A stretch of 4,921 nucleotides of DNA, from IMG/VR virus record IMGVR_UViG_3300029471_000044, positions 1-4,921 of that record. One strand, given 5' to 3'. This DNA comes from a virus (lineage: Duplodnaviria; Heunggongvirae; Uroviricota; Caudoviricetes). Position 1 is the stretch's first letter. The number at the start of each line of letters is the position of its first letter. The translations under genes and the position numbers were made by a program. This document shows, in pieces, positions 1 to 4,741 of this stretch. Under the pieces are notes generated by a model, which did no database searches, was not told the origin of the DNA, and worked only from the letters and a program-made list of their open reading frames with translations.

Positions 1-90
1 GTAGTTTTTTCTGAATTTATCCAGCACCTCCGATACGGAATTGCCGGAACAGCGGCGCGCGTCATCCGCACCATACAGAGGCGCTGGCAT
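1..90 (-). CDS. Hypothetical protein, N-terminal 30 codons only (continues past the left edge)
   Basis: ATG at 90-88 preceded by SD GGAG (complement of 97-100) with 6-nt spacing; open frame to position 1 giving MPAPLYGADDARRCSGNSVSEVLDKFRKNY...; starts 16 nt after the exonuclease stop. Confidence 0.5.
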   Translation of the reverse strand, partial: MPAPLYGADDARRCSGNSVSEVLDKFRKNY

Positions 91-106
91 GGTTTTCTCC
101 TGTTGA

Positions 107-655
107 TTATTTAGCTAACTTTTTCCAGATCGCTGAAACGTATTTGGCTTGGTGAATGGCATCATCAAGCGCGTTGTGGCGAGTTCCTTTGAATGGCATA
201 TCTCGCTTAGGGTCGAATCCTATTACCTTCCCAAGTTCGACGATTGTTCTTACGTCGCGGTCATTCCACCACTGCCACGGAACTGGCTGCCCTGTCAGCG
301 AATAACTGTTTCGGAGAATAACGCAGTCAAATGATGCTCCATTCCCCCAAACCTGAACGAATTTGTGGTTAGCGTTCTTTATGATGAATTCAGATAACCA
401 TGAAAGAGCCGTTGAAAGCTCCTGAGTGTTGCTGGTTAGCGATTTTCTGGCTTCTTCACTCTGTTCCAGCCACCATAAAATCGTTGAAGCGTCAGGACGC
501 GCTCGATATCGCATTGATGATTCAAGCGAGATATTTACCGAGAACTCTTCTCCTGTTTCTCCGGTATTCGGGTCAAAGAATACCGCCCCAATAGAAATAA
601 CTGGCGCGTATGGCCCGTTGCCCATTGTTTCAAGGTCAACCATTAAGTGATTCAT
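107..655 (-). CDS. DEDDh-type 3'-5' exonuclease (DnaQ/RNase T-like fold), phage exonuclease
   Basis: 182-aa ORF. Motif I MVDLETMG (D-x-E) at the N-terminus, motif II VWGNGASFDCVIL (Asp), motif III HNALDDAIHQAKY (His-x4-Asp) near the C-terminus. ATG 655-653 with SD AAGGA 5 nt upstream; stop TAA 107-109. Confidence 0.85.
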   Translation of the reverse strand: MNHLMVDLETMGNGPYAPVISIGAVFFDPNTGETGEEFSVNISLESSMRYRARPDASTILWWLEQSEEARKSLTSNTQELSTALSWLSEFIIKNANHKFVQVWGNGASFDCVILRNSYSLTGQPVPWQWWNDRDVRTIVELGKVIGFDPKRDMPFKGTRHNALDDAIHQAKYVSAIWKKLAK

Positions 656-663
656 GTAAGTCC

Positions 664-1142
664 TTAAATTGCGTGAATAGCGTGACGAGGGAAGGGGAGA
701 GTTACTGGCTCCTCGTCTGGGTAGATAGGTTTGTTATGTTTGTGCCACTCGACATGACATGACTTGCAGAGCCACATCACATCGGTTGGTTTGCTGTAGT
801 CGCAGTGGTGCGCCTGTGGTTTACATTCTGATCCGCAGCACTCACATTGTGGTGGTCGGATTAGCTTACCGTCGCGCAAAAAATTACCCACGATGATGTG
901 GGCTTTTCTTTTCCATGGGTTGCTCTGAATGAACCGCTTTTTGGCTGCGTTACACCGTTCTCTGCCGCGTTCCGATGATTGATATTCTCTCCTTGCTGAT
1001 ACTCGATGTGGCAATCCCGCGCGCTCTTTGTCATATTCAGCCAGGCAAGCCCGGCAAGCGGCAGTTAATCCATCTCTGGATGCTCTTCTGATTTGAAAGT
1101 CCCTTTCTTCCTNNNNNNNNNNNNNNNNNNNCAGATTTTCAT
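664..1142 (-). CDS. HNH endonuclease, interrupted by a 19-N run (1113-1131); start and frame across the gap uncertain
   Basis: ORF-track product 664-1014 carries an HNH-like core (CECCGSECKPQAHHCDYSKPTDVMWLCKSCHVEWHKH: His-His, then LC-x2-CH, flanked by Cys pairs). The same frame stays open with no stop from 1014 up to the N-run (...EERDFQIRRASRDGLTAACRACLAEYDKERAG-). A strong start context, AGGAGC-N5-ATG (ATG 1142-1140), sits just beyond the N-run but is out of frame if the gap is taken as exactly 19 nt. Stop TAA 664-666. Confidence 0.65.
1113..1131. other. Run of 19 N (unknown or masked sequence) inside the HNH gene
   Basis: Directly visible in the sequence. Confidence 1.
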
Positions 1143-1151
1143 ATTCAGCTC

Positions 1152-1625
1152 CTAGAACGGAATATCCGAATCGTCGAAGTTCATAGGTGGTTCGCTGTGA
1201 TTTCCATGCTGCTGAGGTTGCTGTCTTTGTTGATGACCATTATTTCGCTGAGGTGAAGACTGTTCATTGCCTCCTTGCTTGCCACCAAGCATTTGCATGG
1301 TTCCACCAACGCCCACGATGACTTCGGTAGTGAACCTATCCTGTCCGCTTTGATCCTGCCATTTTCTTGTCCGCAATTTTCCTTCAAGATAAACCTCAGA
1401 GCCTTTTCGCAGATATTCGCTGGCAATTTCTGCCAGTTTCCCGCTCATTACCACGCGGTGCCACTCCGTCTGCTCCTTTTGCTCTCCAGTTTGCTTATCA
1501 CGCCATTGTTCTGACGTAGCAACTGTAAGGTTTGCAAATGCCGTTCCTGATGGTGAATATCTGATTTCTGGATCATGCCCAAGGCGACCAATAATGATCA
1601 CCTTATTTACGCCTCTGCTTGCCAT
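1152..1625 (-). CDS. ssb: Single-stranded DNA-binding protein (phage-encoded SSB)
   Basis: 157-aa ORF. N-terminus [23 protein letters not shown] and motifs [58 protein letters not shown] closely match E. coli SSB as I recall it; Gly/Gln-rich linker and acidic tail ending DSDIPF. ATG 1625-1623, stop TAG 1152-1154. Confidence 0.95.
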   Translation of the reverse strand: MASRGVNKVIIIGRLGHDPEIRYSPSGTAFANLTVATSEQWRDKQTGEQKEQTEWHRVVMSGKLAEIASEYLRKGSEVYLEGKLRTRKWQDQSGQDRFTTEVIVGVGGTMQMLGGKQGGNEQSSPQRNNGHQQRQQPQQHGNHSEPPMNFDDSDIPF

Positions 1626-2333
1626 TTATGCCGCCTGTTTTAGCTCGTTAACTCTGATGTTCATTACCTGAACGCATTTAGCCTGCGCCTCCTCGTTTCC
1701 AGCCATTAATTGCCAGTCATGCTGATAACGCTCGATGAGTTTTTTCTTGTCAGTTTCTGTCGCTGCATAATCGCTGAAGTCTTTCAGGATTTGTTCGCAG
1801 TCAACCGATGGAGATTTCTGGTTGGTATTTTCTGGTGATGGTTTGTTATCTGATGCTGGGATTGCCCATCCCGGCAGCGATGGAGGGAGCCAGTAAAATC
1901 CTGTCCCATCCTTCAGTTTTGCCCTGTGCCACCCCTGCTTTTTATCGAGAGATGTTTGTGCGAAACCTTCCTCAAGGTTATACAGATACCGACCGATTCC
2001 CCATTGAACGGCAGCGCGCTTCATTGCGCCGGAACGACCACCTTTGACTGCTTCTACCTGCGTGTTTTCAGCAGCATCCCATTTGGTTACCCATTCGGAA
2101 TCAATCTTTATTGATATGCCGCATTCAACGCCGCCGTTGTTGGGAATATCGCGGTATTCATTGCGCCATCCTGCTTTGCCGCAAACATCGTCCAGGCGTT
2201 TCATGATTGCCCGGTTCGTGACATAAGCCAGCACCATAGCCCACACTTTGCCATCGCGTGTTTTACCGCTTTGCTGTATTCGCCATTCGATATCTTCAGG
2301 GCTGAATGGCTCATCGAATTTGTTCAAATCCAT
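1626..2333 (-). CDS. Single-strand annealing protein (recombinase) of the Rad52 superfamily (Sak/Erf-like)
   Basis: 235-aa ORF. Contains the signature blocks I associate with Rad52-like phage SSAPs: ...AYVTNRAIMKRLDDVCGKAGWRNEY... and ...GAMKRAAVQWGIGRYLYNL.... ATG 2333-2331 with SD GAGGTG 4 nt upstream; stop TAA overlaps the SSB start region. Confidence 0.8.
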   Translation of the reverse strand: MDLNKFDEPFSPEDIEWRIQQSGKTRDGKVWAMVLAYVTNRAIMKRLDDVCGKAGWRNEYRDIPNNGGVECGISIKIDSEWVTKWDAAENTQVEAVKGGRSGAMKRAAVQWGIGRYLYNLEEGFAQTSLDKKQGWHRAKLKDGTGFYWLPPSLPGWAIPASDNKPSPENTNQKSPSVDCEQILKDFSDYAATETDKKKLIERYQHDWQLMAGNEEAQAKCVQVMNIRVNELKQAA

Positions 2334-2341
2334 AATTCACC

Positions 2342-2597
2342 TCAGAATGGACATGGCCCAAGGAAATAACGCTGATTTAATACTTCAGTCTTTGCCGCAT
2401 TCAAAAATACGCGAACACCTTCACGATCTCCCTTCTGGCGATANNNNNNNNNNNNNNNNNNNTGCGTGTACATGCGCCTCTGTAACTTGCTCTCCTTCAC
2501 TGTGGTTGCAAGTGACATGAATATCTCCTTCGTTACCGATTAATTCTTTCATCTGACGAATGAATTCTTCGTCTGAACAGTTATCTGTAAAACTCAT
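2342..2597 (-). CDS. Small hypothetical protein in the kil-like position, interrupted by a 19-N run (2444-2462); true C-terminus uncertain
   Basis: ATG 2597-2595 (alternative GTG 2612) opens MSFTDNCSDEEFIRQMKELIGNEGDIHVTCNHSEGEQVTEAHVHA up to the N-run. Taking the gap literally the frame stops at 2421. A second frame past the gap is open for 33 codons (YRQKGDREGVRVFLNAAKTEVLNQRYFLGPCPF) to TGA 2342-2344, which overlaps the SD of the SSAP gene; this is in frame if the gap is 20 nt. The SD for ATG 2597 is poorly spaced. Confidence 0.4.
2444..2462. other. Run of 19 N (unknown or masked sequence) inside a small CDS
   Basis: Directly visible in the sequence. Confidence 1.
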
Positions 2598-2685
2598 TTC
2601 CTGCGATACCACGGAATGTTGATCGCTGATTTCATCGCTTTATTTGCTTCAAGCCACATTTTGGAATCACCAATAAATCTGGCTA

Positions 2686-2865
2686 TTACTGCTTTGTTTT
2701 GTGCTGCACGAAGCATCTGGTGATTGATGGATATTTCATTGCGCATAACGCCTCCAGTTGTTTCTTTGCTGCTCTGATTAATTGTTTAACTCGGCGTGAT
2801 AATTCAGATTCGTGCGGGTAGAAAGCGGACATGACGCCGCTACCCGCGAGCTGAAAGTGCATCAT
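2686..2865 (-). CDS. Small protein resembling lambda CIII (FtsH-inhibitor/CII-stabilising peptide family), 59 aa
   Basis: ATG ATG at 2865-2860 preceded by a strong SD AAGGAG (complement of 2872-2877) with 6-nt spacing; the ORF-track TTG start at 2916 has no SD. Product MMHFQLAGSGVMSAFYPHESELSRRVKQLIRAAKKQLEAL... parallels lambda CIII as I recall it (AG-x-PV..P-SESLLERITRKLRDGWKRLIDIL): AG, P-x-ES-L, then a basic amphipathic helix. Sits directly upstream of the kil-position ORF and the recombination genes. Confidence 0.6.
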   Translation of the reverse strand: MMHFQLAGSGVMSAFYPHESELSRRVKQLIRAAKKQLEALCAMKYPSITRCFVQHKTKQ

Positions 2866-2948
2866 GGGTAACTCCTTATATTTGATTGCATAACGAAAAT
2901 GCCTCTCGTGAAGCATTATTGGTATGCGGTAAAGCCGCGCTCAGGCGG

Positions 2949-3197
2949 CTACTCTATTTCTTCTTCGAATGATTTTATTAGTCGGTCAATAACATCATCC
3001 GTTTCAATATCATTTCCGTCTGATTGCTTTAATACATCTATTGATTCTGCAGCGGTAAATTCCATCGCTGTGAGAAACTCGACAATTGCACACTCAACGA
3101 CATATCGTTCTTCATCTGTACGACATGAGATAAAAGAGCATTTAATTGCTGTTATTACTTTTTGTTTAAGCTCTGCAGGGTAATCAGTTTTTATCAT
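2949..3197 (-). CDS. Hypothetical strongly acidic small protein (82 aa)
   Basis: ATG 3197-3195 with SD GGAG 6 nt upstream; stop TAG 2949-2951. 20 Asp+Glu against 9 Lys+Arg, with an acidic C-terminus ETDDVIDRLIKSFEEEIE. First gene after the terminator at 3211-3239. Confidence 0.7.
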   Translation of the reverse strand: MIKTDYPAELKQKVITAIKCSFISCRTDEERYVVECAIVEFLTAMEFTAAESIDVLKQSDGNDIETDDVIDRLIKSFEEEIE

Positions 3198-3210
3198 CGT
3201 TTACTCCGTC

Positions 3211-3239
3211 AAAAAAAACTGCCCTCACATTGGAGGGCA
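3211..3239 (-). terminator. Rho-independent terminator on the minus strand
   Basis: Minus-strand RNA: UGCCCUC-CAAUGU-GAGGGCA (7-bp stem 3220-3226/3233-3239, 6-nt loop) followed by G and eight U (complement of the A8 run 3211-3218). Lies between the 156-aa gene and the acidic 82-aa gene. Confidence 0.75.
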
Positions 3240-3300
3240 AAGAAGATTTCCAATAATCAGAACAAGTCGGCTCCTGTTTAGTTACGAGCGACATTGCTCC

Positions 3301-3328
3301 GTGTATTCACTCGTTGGAATGAATACAC
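3301..3328. repeat. Perfect 9-bp inverted repeat GTGTATTCA-N10-TGAATACAC
   Basis: 3301-3309 is the exact reverse complement of 3320-3328; located 15 nt downstream (in transcript sense) of the stop of the 156-aa gene and about 60 nt upstream of the terminator hairpin. Confidence 0.6.
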
Positions 3329-3342
3329 AGTGCTTATTTGTA

Positions 3343-3813
3343 CTAATAAAATACCCAATTTTCTGTTTCTTGGTTGTGTCCAAAGTTATATTCAATATCT
3401 GGTGTTGATGTATCAATATTCTTCATCCCATCAACAAGAGTTGATACAACAGCCAAATCTTGTTTGATTCTCATCAAATGGTATTTCTTCCGGCGCAATA
3501 AACTTTCAATGGCAAGTTTCTTCGTCGGGAACGCAAAAGATCTTTCTGCATTTTTTGCTACTTTCTTAATTGCATATCTATTTCTCCTTTGTTTCCATTC
3601 CTGTAACCACTGATTTGGTGCTGGTTTAAAATTAACAATCCAATGCGCAGGAACCAACCATGCATAATGCTCTGTCTGATGAAAAGCTATATATTGAAGT
3701 GCGAATATTTTTATCCCATCTTCTTCAACTGTCGCCTGGAATCTCCAGAAAACAGGCATTCCCTCATGTTCAGTTTCTGATTCAGGAAAAGGTACGCTCC
3801 ATGATTTTGTCAT
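3343..3813 (-). CDS. Hypothetical protein (156 aa), function unknown
   Basis: Long minus-strand ORF; ATG 3813-3811 lies 3 nt after the stop (TAA 3817-3819) of the upstream gene, suggesting translational coupling. Stop TAA 3343-3345. No motif I can recognise. Confidence 0.75.
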   Translation of the reverse strand: MTKSWSVPFPESETEHEGMPVFWRFQATVEEDGIKIFALQYIAFHQTEHYAWLVPAHWIVNFKPAPNQWLQEWKQRRNRYAIKKVAKNAERSFAFPTKKLAIESLLRRKKYHLMRIKQDLAVVSTLVDGMKNIDTSTPDIEYNFGHNQETENWVFY

Positions 3814-3816
3814 ATA

Positions 3817-4098
3817 TTACTCATCTCCAAGGGCTTTGCTGATTGCTGACTGTGCTTTCGATACTTCATCAGGATAATGGTCATTCCAGTTTTGCTTGTA
3901 TGCCTTGTTTAGCATCGCTTGCAGTGCTTCAAGCAAATCAGGAGCTGCTGCTATCAGTAGCGCATCCTCCCTTTCATTTCTTGTTGCTGCTTCAATGTAT
4001 GTGTCACCAATCGTCACACCATGGAACGTAGTCATCATCTCGTTGACGTTTCTAACCGTGTACTTCCATTTACCAGGCGTACCCTTAAACTCTTTCAT
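3817..4098 (-). CDS. Hypothetical protein (93 aa) with conserved-looking LLIAAAPDLLEAL segment
   Basis: ATG 4098-4096 preceded by AGAGGTGG 3-5 nt upstream; the ORF track begins 2 codons earlier at GTG 4104. Stop TAA 3817-3819. Confidence 0.7.
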   Translation of the reverse strand: MKEFKGTPGKWKYTVRNVNEMMTTFHGVTIGDTYIEAATRNEREDALLIAAAPDLLEALQAMLNKAYKQNWNDHYPDEVSKAQSAISKALGDE

Positions 4099-4137
4099 AT
4101 CCACCTCTGTTGTTTATGCCAAAAATAAAGGCCACCA

Positions 4138-4338
4138 TCAGGCAGCCTTGTTGTTCTGTTTACCAAGTTCTCTGGCAATCATTGCCGTCGTTCGTATTGC
4201 CCATTTATCGACATATTTCCCATCTTCCATTACAGGAAACATTTCTTCAGGCTTAACCATGCATTCCGATTGCAGCTTGCATCCATTGCATCGCTTGAAT
4301 TGTCCACACCATTGATTTTTATCAATAGTCGTAGTCAT
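4138..4338 (-). CDS. Hypothetical small Cys-rich protein (66 aa), possible zinc-ribbon-like C-x5-C-x2-C-x5-C
   Basis: ATG 4338-4336; weak SD (AGGA, 8-nt spacing); Cys at residues 11, 17, 20, 26; stop TGA 4138-4140. Confidence 0.6.
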   Translation of the reverse strand: MTTTIDKNQWCGQFKRCNGCKLQSECMVKPEEMFPVMEDGKYVDKWAIRTTAMIARELGKQNNKAA

Positions 4339-4408
4339 ACGGATAGTCCTGGTATTGTTCCATCACATCCTGAGGATGCTCTTCGAACTCTTCAAATTCT
4401 TCTTCCAT
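4322..4408 (-). CDS. Candidate micro-ORF, 28 aa, extremely acidic (MEEEFEEFEEHPQDVMEQYQDYPYDYDY)
   Basis: ATG 4408-4406 preceded by SD GAGGTG with 4-nt spacing (complement of 4413-4418); stop TGA 4322-4324, overlapping the start of the 66-aa gene by 17 nt in another frame. Below the ORF-track size cutoff, so coding status is unproven. Confidence 0.3.
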   Translation of the reverse strand: MEEEFEEFEEHPQDVMEQYQDYPYDYDY

Positions 4409-4462
4409 ATATCACCTCAAATAAGTTGTTTGCTGCGAAAGTAAATACGCTTAAGTTACCTG

Positions 4463-4600
4463 TTATTTATTCCACCAAGTTCCGTATCTATCTATCCAGT
4501 TACACCAATCATCGACACTCCATTTTGTTGTGTCGCATTTTGGCAACTGGCATGAATATCTACCTTCTTTGTAAAGTCGGCGTTTGACTTTCTTGAGCAT
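4463..4600 (-). CDS. Candidate small protein (45 aa), Cys-containing
   Basis: ATG 4600-4598 preceded by SD GAGGTG with 4-nt spacing (complement of 4605-4610); product MLKKVKRRLYKEGRYSCQLPKCDTTKWSVDDWCNWIDRYGTWWNK; stop TAA 4463-4465. First ORF downstream of the terminator at 4717-4741. Confidence 0.4.
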   Translation of the reverse strand: MLKKVKRRLYKEGRYSCQLPKCDTTKWSVDDWCNWIDRYGTWWNK

Positions 4601-4716
4601 GGCTCACCTCAATCGTAATAAGCTGGAATTGATTTTCCGCGTTGCTTCTGGCGGCCTGAGCAGGTCACACCCATTTCACTGCGTGGCTTGCTGTAATAAA
4701 TTCGGTTAGTTCAGAC

Positions 4717-4741
4717 AATAAAAAACCCACCGAAGCGGGCT
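4717..4741 (-). terminator. Rho-independent terminator on the minus strand, overlapping the stop codon of the upstream partial ORF
   Basis: Minus-strand RNA: AG-CCCGC-UUCG-GUGGG-UU then UUUUAUU; 5-bp core stem (4726-4730/4735-4739, one G-U pair) with a UUCG tetraloop, extendable to 7 bp, followed by a U-tract (complement of AATAAAAAA 4717-4725). Confidence 0.6.

Noticed and set aside
149-650. Plus-strand ORFs 149-334, 400-594 and 426-650
   Set aside because: They lie entirely antisense to the well-supported exonuclease gene (107-655), have no recognisable motifs or convincing SD, and are typical shadow ORFs.
1181-1514. ORFs 1181-1426 (-) and 1275-1514 (+) overlapping the ssb gene
   Set aside because: Alternative-frame or antisense overlaps of a confidently identified SSB gene; low-complexity products.
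1808-2226. Plus-strand ORFs 1808-2047, 1926-2114 and 2044-2226
   Set aside because: Antisense to the SSAP gene; no start context; products Leu/Ser/Pro-rich as expected for shadow frames.
2248-2520. Plus-strand ORF 2248-2520 spanning the N-run
   Set aside because: Antisense to the SSAP start and the kil-position ORF; partly made of X from Ns.
2594-2659. 21-codon micro-ORF (MWLEANKAMKSAINIPWYRRK) whose TGA overlaps the ATG at 2597 (ATGA coupling)
   Set aside because: Plausible as a coupling leader peptide, but too short and too weakly initiated (GGTGA, 7-nt spacing) to call without conservation or ribosome data.
2686-2916. ORF-track start (TTG at 2916) for the cIII-like gene
   Set aside because: No SD upstream of the TTG, whereas ATG 2865 has a near-consensus AAGGAG at ideal spacing; the longer form would also translate through two hairpin-forming segments.
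2898-2917. Short inverted repeat AATGC-N10-GCATT followed by a U-rich stretch on the coding strand
   Set aside because: Only a 5-bp, AU-rich stem; too unstable to call a terminator or regulatory hairpin with any confidence.
2899-3183. Plus-strand ORF 2899-3183
   Set aside because: Antisense to the acidic 82-aa gene, which has a good SD and coherent operon context; Ser-rich low-complexity product.
3184-3294. 36-codon minus-strand ORF starting at ATG 3294 inside the 3198-3342 intergenic region
   Set aside because: Its SD spacing is too short (GGAG only 2 nt before the ATG), it would translate straight through the terminator hairpin and U-tract, and it overlaps the start of the next gene; most likely fortuitous.
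3374-4587. Plus-strand ORFs 3374-3613, 3660-3842, 3843-4031, 3896-4315 and 4270-4587
   Set aside because: All antisense to the minus-strand gene series; hydrophobic or low-complexity translations without SDs; the 139-aa one spans two minus-strand genes and an intergenic region.
4601-4716. Possible promoter between the terminator (4717-4741) and the 45-aa ORF
   Set aside because: Only weak matches (for example TATTAC as a -10 with no acceptable -35 at 16-18 nt); not distinguishable from background in this AT-rich stretch without transcript start mapping.
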